Below, one piece after another: positions 23,401 to 34,125 of a stretch of 59,563 nucleotides of DNA. The position numbers and the translations under genes are program-made. Location of the stretch: assembly GCA_001724265.1 (NCBI GenBank), contig MEDY01000159.1, positions 1-59,563 of the forward strand. The letters are read 5' to 3'. The notes beneath the pieces are model-generated. The model was not told the origin of the DNA, searched no databases, and saw only the letters and a program-made list of their open reading frames with translations. The stretch comes from Rhizaria sp. SCN 62-66 (lineage: Eukaryota). How positions within the stretch are numbered: position 1 is the stretch's first letter; the number at the start of each line of letters is the position of its first letter.

Positions 23401-26128
23401 CTGGCGCCCCGCCGCGCGCGCCGCTCCCGCCGCCGCGGCAGCAGCGCTGGCGGCGGTGCCTGCGGCCGCGCTCCCGTGGGCTCTCACGGTCACGGGTCTG
23501 GCGCCGGGCGCCGCGCTCGCCCACGCAGGCTACAGCAAAGCGGGCCACGGCAGTGCTCGTGGCGCTGATGCCGACTCTGACTGCGACCGTGGCCGTGGCG
23601 GGGAAGGCGGGAGTAGCGCTGGGTTGTGGTTGCCGCTCGTGTCGCTGGTACTCGCGCGTGCAGTTATGGGTTCCCCCGTTGTGAGGGCCAAGGCAGGGCT
23701 TGTGTTGCTTGCGGCGCTTGCCCCCGCCTCGACCGCGGTATCTAATAAGCTCGACACGACAGAGAACTGCGACGCGAGCGCTGAGAACGGCAGTCTAACG
23801 TCAAGCAATGTGTCATTATCTGGCTCTTACGCGGGTGATACTGTGAGTGAGATTAACGCAGACAATGGTGAGATTACGGATATCAACATAGCTGTTGCTG
23901 ATGCTCTTGGTCGGATCTTATCGCGGTGTGATTCAACGTCGTCGCATACGCTGTCACTGTCACGAGTGCCGATTATGCCGCCGTTGCCGCAAGCACTTGC
24001 GCATTACTGGCATTACCCTTCGGTCGGTCGCGACTTAACTTCGAACATGCATGGCTTAAGTTATGAGCAGCGTCTAGCTCTTTTGTCCCGTTTTGCCTCC
24101 ATGCGTGTCCAGTCATCGCTTTGGCTTAGCACAGCTCCCTTATATCAAGCGGCACTCCAAGAAAGCCAAGCGACAGCGGCTGGAAGCAGTGTGTTGCCGC
24201 TAGCAACGCTGCAGTTATCTTTGGCTCTTACACTCACAGTGACTCCTCTGCTGCATTCACTACCAATCATCACAGACGCAACGACGCGCGCGCTCAGTGC
24301 CGCAGCTAGCTCTGGATTTGCCTCAGTCTCCCGCTCCGTTGGTTCAAGCTCGTTATCCCGCTCGAGTGTCAACAATAACTTCAGTGGTTCTGCACTATCT
24401 TCTCTCTCGTTGCTCATGACAACGTTGGTCGCGGCAGCGCCGTCGACAGGCGCGGTGGAGGAGGCAGCAGCCGCGACAGCGTCTGCCGCTTCGGCACTAG
24501 CACCGCTGCTGCAGTCGCTTGCGATCTCGCTCGAATCAGAGCCGCAGCGTTTGTCTCGCGTGTGTCCGCGCGCGTTTCTGCTTGGCACCGTGCTTCCCAT
24601 GCTTGCGGGGCGCTCATCGGATTTCAGCATCTCCGTAGACGGGGCAAGTGCCGAGTCCGCGAGTGTAAGTACGATGGCGTACGAGTGGCACCGCCACACC
24701 GTTGCCCCGCGCACGCGCGCGCACTCCCGTACTCGCGCCCGCGCTCCGATGGGCGCGCCGGGCACCGGGGGCATCGGCGCTGGTGTTGGTGTGTTTGGCA
24801 ATGTCGGTGACTCTGTTGTGAACTCGTTATTCTCCGCTGTGCAAACAGCAGTCACCAGTCTACAGCACCAACAACAACAACAGCAACAGCACGGGCAGCT
24901 TGATATAGACTTTGGCTACTTCCACCAAACGCGCCTGCAAGCCCTATATAAACCAACACAGCCATCGGATATCAGTAATGTGAATGCGGGGGAGACAATG
25001 GGAACGGCAATTGCAACAGAGACAAAGGCAAACGCCTTGTCTCAAAACGGCTTATACGAGAACTACGCTCGGCGCTCTCTCTGGTCATTGTTGCGCTTGC
25101 CACTGTGGTTACGGCAACAGCAGCCTCCATGTCGCGACGCCCACACTCAAGCTCGTGCGTGTGTGGGTCCAAGCCCGTCTGCTCTGACGTATGGCCCCTC
25201 GAACGGCACTGAAAGCGCCACAGGCACTCGTGCAGCAGCGACCGTGACCGTGAGCCTACTCCGAGTTGTTACTCTCTGCGCGCTGCGCCTTGTACGGTCG
25301 CCGGTCAACTCGCTGTTGGCGCTCTCTGACACTAGCATGCAGCACCTGCACGCTCATACGCACACGGGGACGGAGGCCAATGCCGACTCGTGTGCGTGGG
25401 CGCATCGTCTCGTGTGGGGGCAGTTCGGCGTCGGCTTCACTGAACCAGTATCCTCCATGTTACCTGTGCCACTGTGTCCTCGTGTGCATGCTCAGCAGCG
25501 TGCTAGCAAGCAGCTTGGTCAGACGCAGCCACGTGCTGAGTTAGTATTCGACAGTGGTCAGTGCTCGTTGCTGTTGCATCTGCTCCCAATCGCGCTCGCT
25601 GACAGCAACAACATCAGCTCACGCGAGCTGTCGCGTCTCCTGCATCTGCCTCTAGCTCCAACAAACTCAACGGCAGGAGCAGGTGCGCTTGCTGACCCAG
25701 GGTCAGAGAACACTGCTCTCGCCCGGGCTCTACTCGCTCACCTGACAGCGACCGCTGCTCACTATTCACAGTCAGAATCACAACCGCAAGTGTCACTATC
25801 TGGAGTACCCATCACGTCAAGGACTCCGACAAATGACACTGGCAGTGTTGTTACTGTTCCTGTGACGGCCGCAGGTGCGATGCGCGTGGGAAAGCTTACG
25901 CAGCTGCTCTGCACGCGCGCTGCCAACACCGTTGTCCTCGCCGCGATCTCCACCAGCGTGAACATCGCCTCGGGTGCTAATGCCAGCGCGGCAAGGAAAG
26001 ATAGCGAAGCGGGAGCGAGTCTGTCGCAGTGGCTGCAGTTGGCAGAACTGCTGACACCGCCTTACGGGGATATCGTAGCGCAGGTGCTGGGGAAGATTGA
26101 GAGGGGTTTGCGCCGTCGTAAGGCATAA
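20447..26128 (+). CDS. Large hypothetical protein (~1893 aa) with three in-frame TAGs
   Basis: Track ORFs 20447..20797, 20981..21787 and 21872..26128 share a frame. The only interruptions are TAG at 20795, 20825 and 21785, and the gaps are stop-free and coding-like. Ends TAA followed by AT-rich sequence. No family recognised. Confidence 0.7.
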
Positions 26129-27179
26129 AAGTCAACTGGTCATTAAGCTTATGACGAAATAATATATTGTGGCGAATCACCGACTCATAACTAGAGTCAC
26201 CATGTGTACGCTTACAGTACTTCGAATATCATTTTTGCGTTGAATAAAGGTATGCATCATTGTCATCCCATCTGGTTAGATAAACTTCTGTAATCTGTCG
26301 GACTTGCTGCCAATGGGCTCGGCGGTGACAGAAAAAGAAGACACGAAAGCATGTAAACGGAAACAGATAAATACAATCAACGGAAGTTCCGTGCGTGATT
26401 TCATGTCATGTAGGCACATCTCTTCGCGATATCCGTTGACGAAAACAATATCACAAATTGAGCGTTCAAATCGTCCGGCGGTCTCCACCCTCACTTGGGT
26501 TTAAAGACTACGTACGGACCGATCTCGCTGGATACCGTTACGAGCAGCTTCGCCAGTCCATCATGACTTGCGGACTGTCGCCAGCAACAGCAAAGTAGCC
26601 CACTATTAGCCCAGTGGGCACGCTCTGCCGCCCTGTTCTTGCGCTCAGCGCGTCTTCTTGACCCAGCTTGTGTGCTCAGTCGCGGCGCTCTCTTACAGCT
26701 TCTCCTGCTATGCCCCGGCCTTAGGTGTCGCAGCGAAGAGACTCATGTGCTCATTGAGGCCGTGAATAGGAACAGTAACATCGCTGAAAGAATGTACAAG
26801 ATGTCACATCTTGGACTTCGATTGGTATGAACAAGATGGTTCATGTTGTTGGTCTGTTCAAGTCATAAGAACACTTGCTTCTCTCCGTTACACTTGACAC
26901 ATTTTCGGAACCACCCATCACGTCACGCCAATCTTTAAGCGGTTGTTTAACTGTTCAATCGGTATCTCAGTGGTTTCATCGTCAATATGTCTGTATAATC
27001 CGTATATGAATATTTATTGTTTTCTGTCTTTGAAAATTTAATTAAACTTCTCGTTGGCGCGATTGCGCCTCACACTCGGAGCGTTCGATCTCACCTTCTG
27101 ATCCTCCTCTCTCAAATCCCAACGCGACCTAAAACTCCCCACGCGTCTCAGCAGCAGTAACCTAGGGTCTGTAACGATC

Positions 27180-29105
27180 ATGCGTCCTAGTGCGAGCCCT
27201 CCCGTATACGGCCCCCGCGTTCCATCGCATCCTGACGCCCAATCACAAAGCTACAACAACACGAGCAGCAGCAGCTCAAACAGCAGCGCCGCGATGAACA
27301 TCAATTCCTCATCATCAGCATCGACCGCGTCTCGCCCGTCAAGCTCAAGCGCACCCGTATATAACAACGGCAGTGGAAGCAGTAGTGGCGGCGCGCGCCA
27401 GTGCCCTATTCTCCCTCCGCAGCCCGCACTTGGCCCGAACCTCGGTGCGCCCAACAACGGCATCCATCACAGCAACCTCAGCTCGAGCGCGAACGGTGCC
27501 AGCAGCGCTGGCGGTGGTGGTGGCGGTGGCCTGCTGAGCGGGATCCCGCCCCCGCACATCCTGCGGCAGCAGGTCAAGACGGCGCTGCTCGACTTCGAGG
27601 CGCTGTCGCAGGCCTTCTCGGCCCGCTCACAGGCGCAGCAAGGGGGGGTGCAGTCGCGGCCCGGCTCCGCTGCTCACGGTCACCTCGACGGACAGGCACA
27701 GGGGGCGCCGAGGCTGCCGTCGAGGGCGGGTACGCGCGGCATGTCGCCCGCTAACGGCGGCGGCAGCAACGATGCGGGGCGGGGGTCGTTCTCTGGCTTT
27801 CCCGCCCAATCCGCAAACGGCGGCAACGGCAGCTTGAACGCGACTGGTGGCGGCGGCCTCGCCCGCTCTCACACCGCACGGCTTGCCTCGGCCAACGGCT
27901 TTACCGCCACTGCGACTGGCAGCGTGTCTGGCATCGGCAGCGGCGGCGGCGGCGGCGACAGCGCGGCGCTGGCGCAGGCGCACCGGATGATCATGCTGCT
28001 GTACCGCAGCAACAACGCGCAGCGGCGCAAACTCGCTTCTCTCTTGTCTGCGAACAGTGGCAGCAACAGTGCGGGCAGCGGCAGCGGCAACGCGGACCCC
28101 AGTGACGACAAGTCCCCGAACACTCCTGCTAGTTCTGGCGGCGAAAACGAGGGAGCGGAGAGCGAACTGGCTGAGATTCGCCACTACATGCACGCCAACC
28201 GGCTCGACCGCAGCGCCAGCTCGCTCTCCAGCGCGAATATACACGCTAATGCAGCGAACGGCGCCGACGAGGATGATGCGAGCGGCGCTGCTGCCGGGGC
28301 CGACGCGGCGGATGCCAGCATCGACGGGCTGTACCGCAACAGCCGCGACCCGACGTTCATCAAGGCGCACCTCACGTTTCTGCTCACGCAGCGCGACAAG
28401 CACATCGCGCGGCTCGAGGCCGAGCTGGCGCAGGCACGCGCCGCCGCCGCCGCCGCGGGCGAGCGCGCGCTGGCCCGCAAGCACGGCGTGCTCGGCGCGG
28501 GCGCGGGCGCCCCACTCTCTTCTCTGAACAGCAACAGCAGCGGCGGCGGCGGCGGCAATGGCGGCGGCGGCGGCAATGGCGCCGACGGCGGCGATGCTGC
28601 TGAAGTTGACGATACAGAGGCCGCGGAGGGCCGCTGGGGCGTCGGCAACGCGGTGTTGTCGAGCTACCACGAGAAGTTCCATCTGCTGCGCGCCTGCTAC
28701 CAGCGGCTGCTCAGCGATCGACTGGCGCAGCTGCAGCTGTCGTCGCGGCTGCCCAAGAACGCGCTCTTCTACATCAACCAGCTCCACTCGGCGCTCATCT
28801 CGGAGACCGTGGGCCGCCGCCTGGACCACCTCACGCTCAACGCGCGGCTGTTCCAGGTCGAGCGCGCCGCGAACGACCGCATTGTCGAGGCGCAGCTCGC
28901 GCGGCGCGGCGAGGCGGCCGCGGCGGCGCGCGCGCGGGCCGGTGAAAGCAAGATGCGGCAGGCTGAAGGACGTATGTTCGAGCTGGGGGAGCGCTGCCGC
29001 GTGCTGGAAAAGGCCAACAAAACGCTCATCGCAGCGGCCACGGCCAACGCGAATGCGGGCGTGCACGCGAGTGCGAACAATGCCGGTGGTAATGGGTACA
29101 TGTAA
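27180..29105 (+). CDS. Hypothetical protein, 641 aa; low-complexity N-terminus and coiled-coil-like C-terminus
   Basis: ATG-initiated ORF with strong GC3 bias, flanked by AT-rich DNA. Heptad-like segments RDKHIARLEAELAQ and MFELGERCRVLEKANKTL. Stop TAA. Confidence 0.75.
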   Translation: MRPSASPPVYGPRVPSHPDAQSQSYNNTSSSSSNSSAAMNINSSSSASTASRPSSSSAPVYNNGSGSSSGGARQCPILPPQPALGPNLGAPNNGIHHSNLSSSANGASSAGGGGGGGLLSGIPPPHILRQQVKTALLDFEALSQAFSARSQAQQGGVQSRPGSAAHGHLDGQAQGAPRLPSRAGTRGMSPANGGGSNDAGRGSFSGFPAQSANGGNGSLNATGGGGLARSHTARLASANGFTATATGSVSGIGSGGGGGDSAALAQAHRMIMLLYRSNNAQRRKLASLLSANSGSNSAGSGSGNADPSDDKSPNTPASSGGENEGAESELAEIRHYMHANRLDRSASSLSSANIHANAANGADEDDASGAAAGADAADASIDGLYRNSRDPTFIKAHLTFLLTQRDKHIARLEAELAQARAAAAAAGERALARKHGVLGAGAGAPLSSLNSNSSGGGGGNGGGGGNGADGGDAAEVDDTEAAEGRWGVGNAVLSSYHEKFHLLRACYQRLLSDRLAQLQLSSRLPKNALFYINQLHSALISETVGRRLDHLTLNARLFQVERAANDRIVEAQLARRGEAAAAARARAGESKMRQAEGRMFELGERCRVLEKANKTLIAAATANANAGVHASANNAGGNGYM

Positions 29106-29249
29106 TTATTTCCAACAGTGAACGGCTTAGTTATCGGCCGTGAGTTGTGGCTCCATGCCGAATGATTTCGCCATAGAATAGATTTGAGTACGTCTTTGAG
29201 TTAAGATAAGAAACTACTGTATTACATGTGTGTTGCTTTCGTCTTGAAC

Positions 29250-29283
29250 TTCAGGTGAAGGGAATGTTCAGGTGAAGGGAATG
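29250..29283. repeat. Perfect 17-bp tandem duplication (TTCAGGTGAAGGGAATG x2)
   Basis: Read directly in intergenic/3'UTR sequence. Confidence 0.85.
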
Positions 29284-30134
29284 TGAACAGCAAATGTGTC
29301 GGAATTGTTGGACAACAACGCGTAAACACATGGCAGACAACATGAGACAAGAAAAAGACGACGTATTGATAAAAAACAAGACTATGACTCAGTTTGATGG
29401 TTATATGAAACTATGAGAACAAAGATATATAAAGACGACAACAGAAGAAAAGTAACATGTCACGCGTGATAAGCTTTGGAACGTTACTGTACAGTTAAGC
29501 GACGTGGACTTGTTGCTGGCGATATTATGTGTGTAAATAAACCAAGCTATTGAATGAATGATTGCTTGAGAAAGCTCTTGTTGCTTCGTGTTGACTTGCT
29601 TTGCCACCCACATGAAGGATACCCACAAAGCTATATAGAAGACAGTTGCAGTACGACACTGCTATGTGCTCAAAGTGAAAGTTTGTGTGAGTGAATCCCG
29701 GCGTTATGTGAAGATGACAAAATACACAAATCAAGCAAAAATCAAAAAGGAACTTCAACAGAACAAAACCAACGCAAGATATACCTTTCGTGTTCAGACC
29801 ATTTCTGTGGGCTGTGATTGGAATACGACTCCAGAGTTACTCAAATAAACGTGAATATTACTCAGAGATCGTTACTGTACTCACAGCATCCACAGAAGCA
29901 ATAAAACACTCCTGATAGACACGTGCACTTGCAGTTATACTTACACAGTCATGCAAAAACGATCCAAAGCCAAAGGCCGTGTTTGCATAAGACTAGCATA
30001 GCAGCCACGAACAGCACATACTTTAACGCAAAACGTACGTAGTGCATTTCTGCGTCACAAACATAGTTGTAATGCATCGACTTCAATCGACCCCAACGCG
30101 AGCGTCCAAGTGCGAATCTAAGTACCACTGGCCC

Positions 30135-30702
30135 TTAGATGTTGGAAAGGCGATATGCCGCGTCTCCGGTGGACCAGATGAGCGAGCCGAAGATTACGGC
30201 AAGGAACATGCCTCCGCCGTACTTGCTGGTGGGCTGCACCATGTCCTGCGCCTTCTGCCGCGCCGTCTCGAGGTCGCGCTCCATGCGCGCCTCCTGCGCG
30301 GCCCACGCGCTGTCAGTCACGGTTGTCTCGTCGATCTCGCCCTCGTCGTCCTCGAGCGGGTCGCAGCACGAGCACGCCGAGCAGCACCGGCCCTTGCGCG
30401 CGGGCGCCGCGTCGCCGTCGTGCTCAGTGTTGGGCGTCGCCTCGGGCGCGTCGGAGTCGCGCGACATGGCGCCCGTCAGCGGCGCCGCCTCGCCCGCGCC
30501 GCGCGCGTCCGCATCGTCGTCGTCGCCGTGGCTCGCGGAACTCAGGATCGCGGCCGCCGCGTCGCTGTCGGCGCTCTCGGCGTCGCCGCGGCGCCGGCGG
30601 ATGCCGCCGTTGCTGCCGCTGAGCGCAGCGTTCTCGTCCTCCTCGCTGCCCTCCTCGGCGTTCGTCGCACTCGCGCTCGAAGTCGCATTGCTACTGTCAG
30701 CG

Positions 30703-30740
<38 letters not shown>

Positions 30741-33289
30741 GCGGGCCTCGGCGGCCGCGAGCACGGAGAGCGACGAAGATACACCGGCGGCGGCGGCGTC
30801 CTCGGCGGTCAGCACCGCACCCGTCGCCGTCGCCGTGCCGTCGCCAGAGGCGGCAGAGGCGGAGGAGAGCTTGAGGGCCTGGCGCTTGGCGCGGCGCGCG
30901 GTGAGCTTGTTCTCCATGCGCGTGACGGTGCGGCGCAGCTCGTCGGGGTTGCCGTCGCCGGGCCGGTTGGGCGTCAGCGGCACGAAAATGAGCGGGATGA
31001 ACATGAAGAGCACGACGACCAGGTGCAGCTGCCACAGGTTGTCGTAGTTCTCCAGTGTGATGCCGAACTCGGTGGTCAGCAGGGAAGAGAAGTTCATCGC
31101 GATCTGGTTGCCGATGTTGTTGACGACGCACGTGAGCGCGTAGACGGAGCCTTCGACCTGGTCCGGGCACAGCTTCGAGCACATGATTAGCACCGGCATA
31201 TACCTGGAGACGCGTAGGGGTCAGAAACAAAAGTTCGGTGAATGTGAGATTAAGAGAGAACAAAGTCAAAGAAATCGTTGAAAGTTGAACTTAGATACTC
31301 GGAATACATTTAACTTGTTTTAAACTAGCTTTGTGCCATGTTTGTGTGTTGACGTACATGATAAAGCCGGCGACGTCGTTGATGACCTCATTGCCCATGG
31401 CGAAGGCAAAGTCAGGCAGCCCCCACTTCTTGTTGACGCGGAAGATGAGCAGGAACGGGATGCACGACAGCACGGCCGAGACGATAATGGTGGTGTAGAA
31501 GATCGGGTGCAGCGGCGTGTTACGCAGGCAGGTGCGGTACAGAAACGCGCCCAGCGCGCCCGACACGGTGCCGATGGCGAGGATGTAGCTGTACTCGTCG
31601 TCAGAGAACCGCAGCTTCTTGAGGAGGAAGTTGACCCATGCGTCGCCGTCGTTGGGCAGGATGTTCCAGATGTAGACGAAAATCATGGGCATCCAGATCG
31701 AGTTAAGCTGCACGGCCTGCCAGATGCGCTCGATGTTCTCCATGAACGTCGGCGGCTCCTGGACACTGCCGTCGGCGTTGCGCATGCCCTCGTCCGCCAG
31801 TGGGATCATGCTGGGGATCAGCACGGCAAAGATAACGCAGCCCAGTGACAGGAAGATGTGCGCGGGGGGCACCTGGCCGTAGCGGAGAAGCCAGCCGCCG
31901 AGCAAGATACCCACGAACCTGAAGAGAAACAACAAGAATAAGCATACATATCAAGCCCAATATAACATATGTTGTTAGAAGAAGAACAAAATCATGCATG
32001 TAAAACTTCATAAAATACAATTTAATTGATGGCTAACGTAAAAGTTAAAATATGCGTGATACATCTTTTGTTTTGCGTTTTGCGTATTGCGTATTGCGTA
32101 CATTCCGGCGTAGCGGAGCATCCAGCAGAGCGTCTGCATCTTGCCGACCTGCGAGCCGTGCTCATGGCGCATGCGCTCGACGACGAGTGTGTCGACCATG
32201 GTGTCAGTCCACACGATGCCGAGCGTGGCGACGAAGAGCAGCATCGCCGTTGTGTCGACCGAGGGCGCGTCGAGGGCACCGAGAGTGATCCAGGCCGCGG
32301 CCGCCATGATGACGCCGCCGATCATGTAGGGCTTGCGGCGCTGGCCCAGAATCGGGACGCCGTCGGACAGGAACGCAAAGAAGATCTTCATGGAGAACGG
32401 GAGGTACATGACGACGCCGACGACGAGCGACTGCATCGCGGGCGAGACCTTGAGGTAGGCGATCATGAAGCGCCGCAGCGCGACAGTGGGGTAGCGGAGC
32501 GCGAAGCCGAGGATGAAGTAGAAGACCGGGATAGAGAAGTTGCGCAGGCGCCAGAAGTTGGTCTCCTGGTCGACAAGGTCGTCCTCCTCCTGCTGCAGCC
32601 GCTGCGCCGCGATGGCCTCGGGGGAAAGCCCGTCGAGGCTCACCCCGTGCTCGCCGCGACTGCCACTGGCGCTGCCATCGCCCGCGGTGGGCGCGCCGTC
32701 GCTGCCGCCCGTGGTGGTGTTGGCGCGGCCGAGCAGCGAGCCAAAGGTGGTCGAGTCGGGCAGCGACGGCGCGTCTGGACCGCCCGCGCCGGGCGCCGGG
32801 GTCGCGGAGCGAGAGCTCGCGCGGGAGCCGGAGCGGGAGTTGGCCAGGGACGGGGGACGGATCAGCGCGTAGCCGTCCACGTGCGGGTTCTGGTCGGGCG
32901 TGCTGCTGGGGGGACCGCCCTTGCCGCCGCCGGGAAGCGGGGAGAAGCCGAGCGGCTCTGTACGCACGCGGGGTCGGGCGAGGACGCGGAGGATAGATCA
33001 GGGAAGATAGCAATACCAACGTGGGGCAGGTTTAGAAGTAGAATAGAGGAGAAATATGCGTGAGTCGCAATGCAAAGTTGAAATATTTGGTATTATACGT
33101 AAATTAATTCGTCGTGCTAAAGATGCCGTTGAAAACAACTTTGTTGTCATGTAGCATGGAAGAGAAAGGAAGGATGGCCAGGGGGGATGACGAACCTTCC
33201 GTGAACGCGAGCTGAGACGAATCCCGCTCGGCGGTTCGCTGTGATGACGACAGAGACGCCGAGGAGTGGCGGCCACTGAACTCCATCAT
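30135..33289 (-). CDS. BT1/FBT folate-biopterin transporter (MFS); 4 exons, ~859 aa
   Basis: Exons 33289-33196, 32957-32102, 31918-31358, 31203-30135 with consistent phases. Motifs PFSMKIFFAFLSDGVPILGQRRKPY, DTMVDTLVVER, MPVLIMCSKLCPDQVEGSVYA, FGITLENYDNLW. Multiple hydrophobic helices. Stop TAA. Confidence 0.9.
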
Positions 33290-33918
33290 CGCAGAGTCAC
33301 TGCGCAAAGAGGCGAACCAGAAAGACACGAAGGGTGTGACAATAGAAGAGGGCAGAGTGAGCGGCCAAGGACAGGGCATAAGGAGACTTCGGAGCGACCA
33401 GTTTCGGCACGCATTACAAGCCAAGAAAAGGCTTTCAGAATATCTAATTGGAGAACATAAGCTAAAGCAGCGTGAACTATCGCAATAACGACAGCAAACC
33501 CTTATTGATGGTTCTAGGCCGCACCTAGCGGATATCTCGGCTCGCTCGTCTCTGACTGTAACAGCTCGCCGCCGCCAAAGGTGTGGGCTGCTTTGCTTTG
33601 GTCGAGTCGAGTCAGCCGAATTCGGTCCCCCGATATCTCCACAGTTTTGTCGTCAACAACGACATGGGTGCACCTACGGGGATTTTTCTGTTGATTAACT
33701 ATGTATTGGTTTTCCACATCTCACCACAATGTGTTTTTTCTTGACTAACCACTCCATTATTCATCATCGCAACCACAGCAACAAAGCACCTTTCTCTGAA
33801 CCTCACCTTCCACAGTCTCGGAGAGACTTAACCTTTGTAACAAGCGCTCTCCCGGCGCCGCCGCTTTGACACCGCCGCGTTTAGCCGCGTGGGTGCGTTG
33901 GACTTTCTCCAGCAAGCA

Positions 33919-34092
33919 ATGCGTTCAAGCAAGAACAACAAATCTCAAGCAAGCTCGAGCAAGCAGCAGGCCTCTGACTCCGTTGCGAGTTGCAACGCAG
34001 CGGCTGTCGTTGTCCCCGGCGGCTGTATCCCTGCGTCCCACTCGGAGCCCGAGCAGGAAGCACAACAAGAGCAGCACGCAGAGCTACCCGCA

Positions 34093-34125
<33 letters not shown>

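Noticed and set aside
196-26128. Reading the TAG-broken ORFs as pseudogenes, C-to-T hypermutation or sequencing errors
   Set aside because: Random decay or deamination should also create TAA (from CAA), TGA (from CGA/TGG) and frameshifts. Only TAG is seen, and true gene ends avoid TAG. Not formally excluded without reads.
26500-26830. Moderately GC-rich patch with a short ORF (QQQQSSPLLAQW...) in the 26.1-27.2 kb spacer
   Set aside because: No initiating ATG, a TGA lies just upstream in frame, and no motif is recognisable even with TAG read-through. It could be a gene remnant or ncRNA but is unsupported.
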